IMG/VR virus record: IMGVR_UViG_3300014656_000042 | Location: 1 to 47,829 of that record | Direction: 5' to 3' (one strand) | Source of the DNA: a virus | Lineage: Duplodnaviria; Caudoviricetes | DNA length: 47,829 nucleotides | Part shown: piece by piece, positions 8,043 through 17,073 of the stretch | How positions within the stretch are numbered: position 1 is the stretch's first letter | Layout of the letters: every line of letters starts with the position of its first letter | The notes under the pieces: model-generated | Databases searched by the model: none | Seen by the model: the letters and a program-made list of their open reading frames with translations, nothing else | What the model was told of the DNA's origin: nothing | Translations under genes and position numbers: made by a program

Positions 8043-10094
8043 ATGGCAAAAAAAACCAATGAAGAGAAATTAAAAGAGGTTAAGAAACAATATCAAGAGG
8101 CTATCTCTGCTGACAGTAAAAACCAGCAAGACATGGCCCTACAGTTTGCGTTTGCCGCCGGACATCATTGGACGGCAGCGGAAAAACGTGCCCTGGCACA
8201 AGAAACCCCTCCGAGACCCGCACTTGTTTTTAATTTTATTAAACCTACACTTGACTTAATAACGGGCGTTAATGAGCAAAATAGTATTGATGTTAAAACT
8301 GAACCAACCGAGATAAATGACGGGTTTTTATCTGACATTATTAATGATGTTTCCGATAAAATTAGGGACATTAACAATATAAGTGACCAGGAAGATGACG
8401 CCTTTGACAATATGATTACGTGTGGCCGTGGGTATGTTGCGATCGATGTTATGCCAGATCCTAAGAAGTATAGAGATATTATTATTACAGTGGTTAGTCC
8501 TCCTCCCCATGAAATCCGCCTTGATCCTGCCGGGAGAAAGGATGATTTAAGTGACCACAGTTATATTTTTTGGGAGAAGTGGCTTACACGGCAGGATTAT
8601 AAGGTAACGTACCCAAAGTTTGCTGACAAGATTGATGATTTAATGGAAACACAACGTCAAATGTATGAGGAGTCGGATTTTATGTTTGGAGGGGACGCTA
8701 TTGATACAGATACGAGTGATTATGATATCCCAATGGACATGGACTATTATAATCGAGGGAAAGACCAAATTAAGGTTATTCATAAAGAGTATTGGGAAAA
8801 TTATACAAGATACTATGCTCCCAATCCCATGACGGGACAAATAGAAGAGTTTGAAGAAGAAAATTTAAAAGTGCTTAAAGAAAAGATCCCGGGTTTTGAT
8901 TATATAGAATTAATCGATAAAAAAGTTAAGTGGCTACAATTTACGGGTGATGTAATAATGTACGATGACGACAGTCCAATACCGTTTGACGGGTTTAGTA
9001 TTGTTCCCGCATTTGGGTATAAAGATAAATCCGGGAAGGTTTTAAGACATTTTGGTGTTACAATGCCTTTAATTGACCCACAAAAGGAGTGTAATAAAAG
9101 GTGGTCACAAACCCTAAACCTGCTATTACAGCAAGGGCAAGGTGGATATTTTGCTGAGCTTGGTGCCCCTGTTGATCAAGATCAATGGGATGCAACCATT
9201 AAAGAGCCCGGAGAGACTACATGGGTTAACAAAGGTATGATAGCAGGTGGGGGGTTTAAAGAAAAAGATCTCCCTGTATTTCCTAATGCGCCCATGCAGG
9301 TGGAAGAAATGAGCCGGGCGGCTATGAAGCAAATTAGCGGTGTCAATCCTGATATGCTTGGTCTGCAGGGACAAAGACAAGAGCCTGGCATTGTTGTTAA
9401 ATTAAGGCAACAACAAGGACTTACTATTATTCGGCGCCTTTTTAAATCGAATAAACAAATGAAAAGGGCGCTTTATCAAAGGTTGATTTCAATTATCATG
9501 AAGTATATGCCGGAAGCACAATTTAAAAGAATATTAGGAGAAAACGACAGGTATGTTTTCCGGGGAAACTTGATAGTTGATAAAAAGAAAGGTTTTATTG
9601 CGCCTATTCGCAACTTAAAAGACCTGAAATATAATGTGAATGTGGTTGAATCTGCAAGTAATATGACAAAGCGAATGACGGAACTTGCCATATTTATGGA
9701 TATGGTATCTAAGAAATTTCCGGTTGATCCCAAAACAATTGTTAAAAAACTTGATTTGTCCGAAAATGAGAAAACCGAGTGGATTGAGTTTATTACAAAG
9801 GGTGAGCAGCAAGCGGCTAAAAACGCCCAGACTCAGATGCAAATGAAGATGCAGGAAATACAAAGTAAACTGGGGATCGAGAAGGGTAAACTTCAATTAC
9901 AGGCCAGTAAAATTAAGAGTGAGACTCAGGCGGACATGGCAAAAATCGAACAGGAAGAGAAAGATGATGTGCGTAATTTTGCATTAAAATTAGAAGAGCT
10001 TGACAGAGAAGATAGAAAAATGATACTTAACTTAGTAGAAAAGATTTTGGGTTCTTCGCAAGGTGGTAAAAAAATGTTGGCGGCAGGCCTGTGA
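8043..10094 (+). CDS. portal protein (P22-like)
   Basis: FAAGHHW...RPALVFNFIKP, GRGY, LIDPQKECNKRWSQ, ISGVNPDMLG, C-terminal Q/K-rich barrel; position after TerL. Confidence 0.9.
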   Translation: MAKKTNEEKLKEVKKQYQEAISADSKNQQDMALQFAFAAGHHWTAAEKRALAQETPPRPALVFNFIKPTLDLITGVNEQNSIDVKTEPTEINDGFLSDIINDVSDKIRDINNISDQEDDAFDNMITCGRGYVAIDVMPDPKKYRDIIITVVSPPPHEIRLDPAGRKDDLSDHSYIFWEKWLTRQDYKVTYPKFADKIDDLMETQRQMYEESDFMFGGDAIDTDTSDYDIPMDMDYYNRGKDQIKVIHKEYWENYTRYYAPNPMTGQIEEFEEENLKVLKEKIPGFDYIELIDKKVKWLQFTGDVIMYDDDSPIPFDGFSIVPAFGYKDKSGKVLRHFGVTMPLIDPQKECNKRWSQTLNLLLQQGQGGYFAELGAPVDQDQWDATIKEPGETTWVNKGMIAGGGFKEKDLPVFPNAPMQVEEMSRAAMKQISGVNPDMLGLQGQRQEPGIVVKLRQQQGLTIIRRLFKSNKQMKRALYQRLISIIMKYMPEAQFKRILGENDRYVFRGNLIVDKKKGFIAPIRNLKDLKYNVNVVESASNMTKRMTELAIFMDMVSKKFPVDPKTIVKKLDLSENEKTEWIEFITKGEQQAAKNAQTQMQMKMQEIQSKLGIEKGKLQLQASKIKSETQADMAKIEQEEKDDVRNFALKLEELDREDRKMILNLVEKILGSSQGGKKMLAAGL

Positions 10095-10147
10095 AAAACA
10101 TAAGGCAAGATAATGTCATTTTGTATACTTTGTAGGTAGGATATATA

Positions 10148-10294
10148 ATGCCTGAACCGTTTAAAGGAGAAACTAAAAAAGATTACATCCAGAGAGCCAT
10201 CAAATACATAATGAATAAAGAAAATGTTAAAAGTTATGGTCATGCCTGGCACAAGGCACAAGGGCTGTGGAAAAAATATAAAGAGAATATATGA
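10148..10294 (+). CDS. small hypothetical phage protein (48 aa, MPEPFKGETKKDYIQR)
   Basis: AGGA RBS; coupled to the next ORF by ATGA. Confidence 0.6.
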   Translation: MPEPFKGETKKDYIQRAIKYIMNKENVKSYGHAWHKAQGLWKKYKENI

Positions 10295-10443
10295 AGCTCC
10301 AACGACTACTTAAAATTATATCCGAGCTTGTTGAAAGTTTTATGGGCGATAAGTTTACAGGGAAGGTCGTGTTTGAGGTGAATTTATCAGAGGGGGCCAT
10401 AGCAGATATTCACATAACCAATAAATACAGGAAGAGTTTATAA
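10291..10443 (+). CDS. small hypothetical protein (50 aa)
   Basis: ATGA overlap; MKLQRLLKII...FTGKVVFEVNLSEG. Confidence 0.55.
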   Translation: MKLQRLLKIISELVESFMGDKFTGKVVFEVNLSEGAIADIHITNKYRKSL

Positions 10444-10445
10444 TT

Positions 10446-10622
10446 ATGGCTAAAGAGTCAAAACTAAAAACCATGTATCTTGCAAAATCGATGCGGAGGG
10501 CGACCGATGAATACATGGCCGGGTGGGAGCGGACATTTGGGACACCCGACAGCCTAAAGAAAGAGCTTAAAGAGCAAAAAACACGAAAACATGGGAAAAT
10601 GTATAAGAAGTTTGTAATTTAA
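10446..10622 (+). CDS. small hypothetical protein (58 aa)
   Basis: MAKESKLK...YMAGWERTFG; starts 2 nt after the previous stop. Confidence 0.55.
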   Translation: MAKESKLKTMYLAKSMRRATDEYMAGWERTFGTPDSLKKELKEQKTRKHGKMYKKFVI

Positions 10623-10672
10623 TAGAATAGGTTTTTGGGTACCAATAAACCTTAGTTAATTATAAGGGATTT

Positions 10673-10724
10673 AAAGGCCCTGTGAGAGGCGGTAGTTTTA
10701 CGCCCCTGGCAGGGCCTTTTTTTT
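10673..10724 (+). terminator. rho-independent terminator
   Basis: AAAGGCCCTG...CAGGGCC stem followed by a T8 tract. Confidence 0.7.
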
Positions 10725-10791
10725 CGCCTTTCTTGTAAAGGCGCATATCATCGCCACCGGATGTAACAGGTGAGAGAAAGGAGTATAAAAA

Positions 10792-11799
10792 ATGAAAACA
10801 GATGCAATCATAGACGAAAGTAACGGAGACACCATCCTCGACGATCTTGGTGATGTTGAGGAACCTGCTGATGAAGAATTAGCAGAGGATGACGGAACCA
10901 CTGGTAATGATAAAGACACGGAAGAAGACCCGGCCCTGTCTGCCGAGAAACCCAGTAAAGAACCGTCTATCGAGGAAAGGCTGGCAGAGCTTGAAAAAGC
11001 AAATGCGGGGCTTAAATCGGATTTAATTAAAGAGAGAGGTAGAAGGCAAACCAGTGATGGCAGATTACATCAATTAGGGGAAATGATCACAATGGCGAAG
11101 GAAGGTAAGGCATCTTCTGAGGAGCCTGAGCCTGAACCAGAGTTTCCCAATGGGGGTATCCCCGTTCAGTTTAATGAGGACGGAAACCCATATATTGACC
11201 CAAAGGACTTGGGGCGTATTCAAAAACCACTGGTAGATAAAGTTGATGCCCTGGGCCAAAAGGCGAGTTTAACTGATACGCAGATAAATTATCAGAGGAA
11301 ACTTGGAAACATTATTGCTTCTGATGAAGCCTTCGAACCTGCATCAAAAAAACTTTCAGCGGCTTATAGTGATTTAAGTAAGACATTTGATAAGTATATT
11401 GCTGATAATAGTTTATCGCCGCCTACATCTCTTGACGAGGCGATAGAAATGATCGATTCATCTTCTGTTGGCAAGGAGTTTAGCGGAAAATACCCTAATA
11501 TCAGGGTAGACGATGTTATAGAGGCGTTCACGTCTCCCAGGAAATTTAAAACTGCTCTTAATGCCTTTGTTTCGATAGGAGACACAGGCGAACTTAAAAA
11601 GGGCGGCAAAGGCATTAGTCCTACGCTAAGGGCATTAGCCAAAAAAGCAAAAAGCCCGGTTGGTGTTCAAAACCAGTCAGGTAAAACGGGTTTAGGGCTT
11701 GATGATATTGCCAGTATTAATGTTGAAGACTTCATAGGTATGTCGGATGCCGATGTAGCAAAAATCGAGCGGGCCTTACTTCAAGAAGAAATGGGTTGA
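10792..11799 (+). CDS. capsid scaffolding protein (putative)
   Basis: Acidic N-terminus and coiled coil; directly upstream of the major capsid gene. Confidence 0.7.
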   Translation: MKTDAIIDESNGDTILDDLGDVEEPADEELAEDDGTTGNDKDTEEDPALSAEKPSKEPSIEERLAELEKANAGLKSDLIKERGRRQTSDGRLHQLGEMITMAKEGKASSEEPEPEPEFPNGGIPVQFNEDGNPYIDPKDLGRIQKPLVDKVDALGQKASLTDTQINYQRKLGNIIASDEAFEPASKKLSAAYSDLSKTFDKYIADNSLSPPTSLDEAIEMIDSSSVGKEFSGKYPNIRVDDVIEAFTSPRKFKTALNAFVSIGDTGELKKGGKGISPTLRALAKKAKSPVGVQNQSGKTGLGLDDIASINVEDFIGMSDADVAKIERALLQEEMG

Positions 11800-11844
11800 T
11801 TTAAACAGATAATTTAACAATAAACATAATCGGAGGTATATATT

Positions 11845-12063
11845 ATGGCTTTAACAGAATTTGGAACCTCAAGTTCCCAAAATGTCAATATTTGGTCTAA
11901 GTTGACGATGCGGGAGATATTGAAAAAAACGTACTTTAGGAAATTTTTGGGCAAGTCGAAAAAGGCTATCATCCAGTGGTTGACAGACCTTGAAAAAAGT
12001 GCCGGTGACACCATTAAGTATGATCTATTAATGCAGATGACCGGGGCTGGGGTAACTGGAGAT
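11845..12063 (+). CDS. major capsid protein (N4-gp56/DUF4043-like), exon 1
   Basis: MALTEFG...DLEKSAGDTIKYDLLMQMTGAGVTGD; joins exon 2 in frame. Confidence 0.85.
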
Positions 12064-12436
12064 AATTTTTCAACATAGTCTCCCTCCATATTATGAAGGA
12101 AATTAATTAGATGCCTTAATCATGATATTGATCATAGTATGGTGTTTAAAAAATCCGGTGAATTGCTGGAAAATCCTGAGAGCCATAAATACTACAACGT
12201 GATTGGAAACAATGAGTGTGAACGTTTAAAAAAATTTATGGATTGGATAATCAGCAGCCAAGCCTATCGAAAATGTTGTGAATATTTAAGTAGGTGGGAA
12301 GGTTCACAGACTATAGCGTGAGGACACATTACCAATAATCGCTACACGAGTGCCGGACACGAAAGTGAAGATATAGTCGGAGCTTATGTGAAAACATAAG
12401 AAGTAAAACTTAAATAGTTTTACGATAACAACGCTG
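12064..12436 (+). ncRNA. group I self-splicing intron (373 nt, no homing endonuclease)
   Basis: P1 GGAGAU/GUCUCC with U.G at the splice site; P AATTGCTGGAAA, Q AATCAGCAG, R TTCACAGACTA, S AAGATATAGTC; terminal G at 12436. Confidence 0.9.
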
Positions 12437-13291
12437 AATCGAATGAAAGATAATGAAGAAGCCTTGGTTTACCACCAGGACTCGTTAGTGATAGACCAGT
12501 TACGGAATGCACATTCCTTTAAAAGAATGTCGCAACAGAGAACTCTTCATGCTTTGCGTACAGACGGCAAGGATAACCTTTCCGATTGGTTCGCAGGTAA
12601 GTTAGACGAGTATCTATTTCGTAATCTTGGTGGCGATACAACCATGAGCCATGGACAGGCGGCTGTAGCGGCGGACACAGATCACTATATCGTAACAGGT
12701 GATGTGGCACATTCCGGCGTTATCGCTACCGATGAGGCCAGCCTTGGCAGTAATGATCAAATTGCCCTTGCGGATTTTGATTATGCGAAGGAAAAGGCAA
12801 CGACCATTACCCCGCCTATGCGCCCGGCAATGATAGAGGGTGAAGACTACTTTGTAGGCGTTATACACCCTTACTCTGTTACGGATTTAAGGCTGAATGT
12901 CTCGGCGTCCACTTATATTAAGTGGTCTGATATTCAGATGTATGCCAATACAAGGGGCCTTAAAAACCCGATTTTTACAGGGTCTTTAGGTGTTTACAAT
13001 AAAATGATCTTCTTTGAGGCCAGCAGGATTTACAGCCCTGTTGCCAATGTCAGGCGTAACTTGCTGCTTGGGTCACAGGCTGGCGTGTTTGCTCTTGGTA
13101 ATGCCTACGACAAGATCGACCAGCGGACCTACGGGAAAGACAACCTTTTAACCTGGAACGAAGAGCGTGACGATTACGGCAACGAAAAAGGTATATCCGC
13201 GGGTATGATCTTCGGCTTAAAGAACGTGTATTACAATAGTAAGTATTTTGGGACCATGAATATTTCGTCTTATGCGGTAGTGCATAATTAG
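12437..13291 (+). CDS. major capsid protein, exon 2 (spliced product 357 aa)
   Basis: Spliced junction GVTGD|NRMKDNEEALVYHQD; IDQLRNAH, KNPIFTGSLG and EERDDYGNEKG. Confidence 0.85.
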   Translation, partial: NRMKDNEEALVYHQDSLVIDQLRNAHSFKRMSQQRTLHALRTDGKDNLSDWFAGKLDEYLFRNLGGDTTMSHGQAAVAADTDHYIVTGDVAHSGVIATDEASLGSNDQIALADFDYAKEKATTITPPMRPAMIEGEDYFVGVIHPYSVTDLRLNVSASTYIKWSDIQMYANTRGLKNPIFTGSLGVYNKMIFFEASRIYSPVANVRRNLLLGSQAGVFALGNAYDKIDQRTYGKDNLLTWNEERDDYGNEKGISAGMIFGLKNVYYNSKYFGTMNISSYAVVHN

Positions 13292-13298
13292 CCACGAC

Positions 13299-13335
13299 AA
13301 GGGCAAGTAATCGTAAACCTTGCCCTTTTTATTTA
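13299..13335 (+). terminator. rho-independent terminator after the capsid gene
   Basis: AAGGGCAAG...CTTGCCCTT followed by a T-rich tract. Confidence 0.7.
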
Positions 13336-13379
13336 TTAATTTTAACAGGGGATCGTAACCCCAAAAAAGGAGAAACAAA

Positions 13380-14045
13380 ATGGCACAAGTAGCTTTTGTT
13401 GCGTCAAGCACAGTTACGTATGATTTAACGGCTGTTGCCACTAATCCCGGTGCGGCTGCTGAAGTTACCCCTCGGCAGGGGGGCTTTGTAGCCCGAAACA
13501 GGATTAATTTTGCGAATGTAACCGCTCCGACTTTAACCAATAAAGTCATGAATGTGTTGAGAATCCTAAAGGTTCCGGCACGGGCTGTTGTGGAGGGGGT
13601 ATACCTTATCGGGCCAAGAGGAACGGCAGGTGTAACCCATAACTGCAACAGCAAGTCCATCTCATCCGGGACTGCCGGCATCGGGTATATAGCCTATAAG
13701 GATGCGTCATTGTCTTCGGCTTCAACGGATGCGGATGGCTTTGGGCTGGCAACCCTGGCAAAATCGAAAATACACACCAGTTCGGTTTTGGCCCTTCCGA
13801 CTGATCCCGAAACAACCCCTAAAGGGTCTGTCAGGCGTGTAGTGGCAGGCGTGGCCGGTGCTGCTCAAGGATGGGCGGATGGTGGAAACGACACAGGGGT
13901 CGGCATGCACTTTCCTTATGGTGGGTATATCACTTTTCAAGTAATCGGCGGGAAAGGCCCTTCGGGTACAGCGGCATCATCGCTCGATGGAGTCTTTTCA
14001 GGGGTTCTTGAGGTAGCAGCTACCGGATGGAAAGTACCGGAATAA
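13380..14045 (+). CDS. putative capsid decoration/minor virion protein
   Basis: G/A/S/T-rich 221-aa protein just after the capsid gene; AGGAG RBS. Confidence 0.55.
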   Translation: MAQVAFVASSTVTYDLTAVATNPGAAAEVTPRQGGFVARNRINFANVTAPTLTNKVMNVLRILKVPARAVVEGVYLIGPRGTAGVTHNCNSKSISSGTAGIGYIAYKDASLSSASTDADGFGLATLAKSKIHTSSVLALPTDPETTPKGSVRRVVAGVAGAAQGWADGGNDTGVGMHFPYGGYITFQVIGGKGPSGTAASSLDGVFSGVLEVAATGWKVPE

Positions 14046-14082
14046 TTAATCTTTTAACTTGTACCTGCGGGAGGTACTTATT

Positions 14083-15072
14083 ATGAGTAATACAATGTTG
14101 CCGGTTGAAAATAAAGTATATAACAGCCGGAATATAAAAAAAGGAACGTACTATCACAAATGCGTTGGGGAAGACTTAATATCAGTTATCCATGATCCAC
14201 TTCAACGCTTAGGCTATCATCTTTCTTATGAGGGCATTTATAAAAGATTTGCCCATGCCATAGGGGTTGACACTCCCTGGCACCATGTTAAACATCTTGG
14301 GACAAAAAAATGTACCCTGGATCATCATTTAAAGTTTGATACGTTCGGTTTTATTCCGCCACGTTGTATGGAATGTTGGAAGGTAGTTGTAGGTCCACGG
14401 ACGTTAAAAGAGTTGTTTGCATTACTTGATATCCAAAAGTCCCTCGATAGGTCCTCTAAGTGTGGTATTGAAATCCGTTATTATACGCCCAGGCTTTATG
14501 GCGGATATTTCTACAATAACAGTCTCGATGAAGGTCGTGAATGTTACGAGGCGGTAAGAAAGGCCGTTGATGAGCATATCGGTAAAGAGGTTAATGTGAT
14601 TTTAAAGCGAGCTTGCACAGAGTATGAAATGTCGAAAGGGCCTTCTGTAGGTTGGATTATGACAGATGATGACCACAGGATAGACACCCAACTTGAGGTG
14701 TTAATAGACATGACCTCTCCGAATGCGTCCGGGCAGAACGATAACTGTCTTGCTCAGGTTCATACACACTGGATGGAATGGGCATGGAAAAATCAAGACC
14801 CAACTGTATCGGAATATATAGGAGATGATCCATTATATCCAGGGACTATGACCTACCATGAAGGAGATATTAACACAATAAAAGCAGATATCATCAGGGC
14901 AAAAGCTATGGTTAAACATGACATTGAACCAGCGGTAGTAGATGCCATCCATGCTGCTCTCAGGGGATTCAACATGACAAAGCGGGTTGACTTTAGCAAG
15001 ATGGGGACGGTTTTAGGGTTTGAGTCCATTAACCCTCTGTTTTGTGGAGAGGGGGATAACTACAATGGATAA
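14083..15072 (+). CDS. hypothetical Cys/His-rich protein
   Basis: IPPRCMECWKV, KCGIEIR and LKRACTEYE; start at ATG 14083 after GGAGG. Confidence 0.75.
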   Translation: MSNTMLPVENKVYNSRNIKKGTYYHKCVGEDLISVIHDPLQRLGYHLSYEGIYKRFAHAIGVDTPWHHVKHLGTKKCTLDHHLKFDTFGFIPPRCMECWKVVVGPRTLKELFALLDIQKSLDRSSKCGIEIRYYTPRLYGGYFYNNSLDEGRECYEAVRKAVDEHIGKEVNVILKRACTEYEMSKGPSVGWIMTDDDHRIDTQLEVLIDMTSPNASGQNDNCLAQVHTHWMEWAWKNQDPTVSEYIGDDPLYPGTMTYHEGDINTIKADIIRAKAMVKHDIEPAVVDAIHAALRGFNMTKRVDFSKMGTVLGFESINPLFCGEGDNYNG

Positions 15073-15430
15073 TTTAACCGACCAACAAAAAACGTGCATA
15101 AAGTGTGCGGAGTGTTGTGAGTATGTGGAATTTCCAGTAACCATGCTGAATGTTGAGGTTATCGACTATTTTATGAATCGAGGCAATCAGTTTTATATAA
15201 ACGAGGCCGGTGTTACGATGTTTCGGTTGTATGACCCCTGCGTTCACCTAAAAGACGGGTTATGCGATATATATGATACCAGACCTACGACGTGCCGGTC
15301 GTTTATGTGTAAGGTAAAAGATAAGACCATTAAAGATATAAAAGATCAGGCATGTAAGGACTGTATGGGCAAAGTGAGAACTATAATCGAGCAACAGAAA
15401 AAACAGGAGCAAGAAAAAAATGATATATAA
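15065..15430 (+). CDS. YkgJ-family (CxxCxxCC) Fe-S/Zn cluster protein
   Basis: CIKCAECC...CVHL...LCDIYDTRPTTCRSFMC. Confidence 0.8.
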   Translation: MDNLTDQQKTCIKCAECCEYVEFPVTMLNVEVIDYFMNRGNQFYINEAGVTMFRLYDPCVHLKDGLCDIYDTRPTTCRSFMCKVKDKTIKDIKDQACKDCMGKVRTIIEQQKKQEQEKNDI

Positions 15431-16097
15431 TGATTTTCTTGGTGGGGTTAGGCAGCATGTAATAGAGAATGCGGAGAAACTTATCAGGCGAAGGGTATAT
15501 TTTGGCACGCAGTCTTTAGATGCGGGCGATGGAGATGTGCATCAAGTATTCTATGTCAATCCAAATGATATAGTTCTCGATGTTTGGGCCGATGTGATTA
15601 CGGCTGCTCCAACTAATGCAACCATAGATATTGGGTATGGTGGGATCACTAATTTTTGGGGCAATGGCCTTGCGATTGATGCCGTGGGAGTAGCTCGGAA
15701 GATAGTTTCAGGAACTACCACATGGAATCCTCCGGTAATTGAAGATAAGTCGGAAGTAACTATCGAGATTGAGATAGACGGTGCCTCTCTTGGAGACCAG
15801 GTAATGGTGTCCGGCAATATAGATATGGCCGACATGGGGTTGTCCGGGTATGTTATCAGTCCAAATTATGTTGCGGTTCAGTTGGCTAATAATACCGGCG
15901 GGATACTGGATATACTTCAAGACATTGACATTAGTGTGTTCGTAAATAAAGCCCCGCTTGCGCCTGTACAAAAGACATTCACAGCTAATGATACGATTGA
16001 TATTAAGGCAACGACAGACACTGAGGATGTGAATATTTCAAGCGGTGTACTCGATCTTTATATGCGAGTGCTGAGATATAAGTCTTTCACGGGGTAG
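15420..16097 (+). CDS. putative virion structural protein
   Basis: Beta-rich, acidic 225-aa protein in the structural module. Confidence 0.55.
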   Translation: MIYNDFLGGVRQHVIENAEKLIRRRVYFGTQSLDAGDGDVHQVFYVNPNDIVLDVWADVITAAPTNATIDIGYGGITNFWGNGLAIDAVGVARKIVSGTTTWNPPVIEDKSEVTIEIEIDGASLGDQVMVSGNIDMADMGLSGYVISPNYVAVQLANNTGGILDILQDIDISVFVNKAPLAPVQKTFTANDTIDIKATTDTEDVNISSGVLDLYMRVLRYKSFTG

Positions 16098-16170
16098 GGT
16101 GTAAACCACCTGAAAGTGAGTGTCCCGGACTCATTCCCCGTGATCCTTCCGGGTGAAAAGGTGCTTTAAA

Positions 16171-17070
16171 ATGGCAACAGTAGCTAATGTTATAACATCG
16201 GCAAGGTACGATTTAAGAGATTCAAATATTCTTCAGTACCCCGATGCTGAACTGTTAGATTATTTAAACCGGGCGATAGTCCAGTTAGATGCCACACTTA
16301 TATCTTTACACAGTAGTTGGATAAGCGGAACCGATACAAGCAAAACCCTTACAGAGAATACCAACACAGTTACGCAACCCACCAACTGCGTATCTATCAG
16401 GTCTGTGTGGATAGACAATGATGAGATCGACGAAAAGACCCCGGATTACATACATGTCAAAAGGAAATATCTTACAACATGGATAACAGCAACCGATACG
16501 GCAACGTACAGTTGGACGGCGAGCGGTTCGGGAACAAACGAGTATTACCTTAGAACACTTGCAGGGGCAGACCCCGACATCTCAAAACCAAATCAAGTTA
16601 CTATGGATGGCGTTGCTCTAACTGAGGGTACGGCTGGGAGCCTATCTGATCATGAATGGGACTACGGGGACAATGACACCCTTGGCTACAGCACTATTTA
16701 TGTTAGGGACGATACGGGCGACCCGGACGCTTCCGGGGTAGAAATCAAAGCTGGAATTATCTCAAAGGCACAGCCTTATTATTGGGCACATGAAGGAACA
16801 AACATCATTTTTGAGCACACCTCTAATGACGATTATGCCCTTATAATTCATTTTGATAAAAAGAATAGTGCCTTGGTATCAAGCGATTCAATGCCTTATA
16901 ATAACGAGTTTAATGAACCTGTCAGGCAGGCGGTGGCATTGATTGCAAAAAACCGGAATGAGTACGACGTGGCAGGTGACGGGGCGTTGTATGACTTTTT
17001 TATGGCTGCGGCCATGTCTAAAGACCTTAAACGTAATTTTGTAAAAAAGAAATATAAATTGGATTTTTAA
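16171..17070 (+). CDS. head-tail adaptor / tail protein A-like, with an inserted domain
   Basis: N-terminal ARYDLRD...ELLDYLNRA adaptor-type helix; position before the tail nozzle gene. Confidence 0.65.
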   Translation: MATVANVITSARYDLRDSNILQYPDAELLDYLNRAIVQLDATLISLHSSWISGTDTSKTLTENTNTVTQPTNCVSIRSVWIDNDEIDEKTPDYIHVKRKYLTTWITATDTATYSWTASGSGTNEYYLRTLAGADPDISKPNQVTMDGVALTEGTAGSLSDHEWDYGDNDTLGYSTIYVRDDTGDPDASGVEIKAGIISKAQPYYWAHEGTNIIFEHTSNDDYALIIHFDKKNSALVSSDSMPYNNEFNEPVRQAVALIAKNRNEYDVAGDGALYDFFMAAAMSKDLKRNFVKKKYKLDF

Positions 17071-17073
17071 TCG

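Noticed and set aside
12076-12321. TAG readthrough or recoding, or a homing endonuclease ORF (12139-12321), to explain the split capsid gene
   Set aside because: The 60-aa ORF overlaps the intron core and has no HNH, GIY-YIG or LAGLIDADG motif. Splicing explains the split, and other genes read normally in code 11.
16087-16143. Hammerhead ribozyme
   Set aside because: CTGAAAG does not match the CUGANGA core, and no properly placed GAAA/UH is present.
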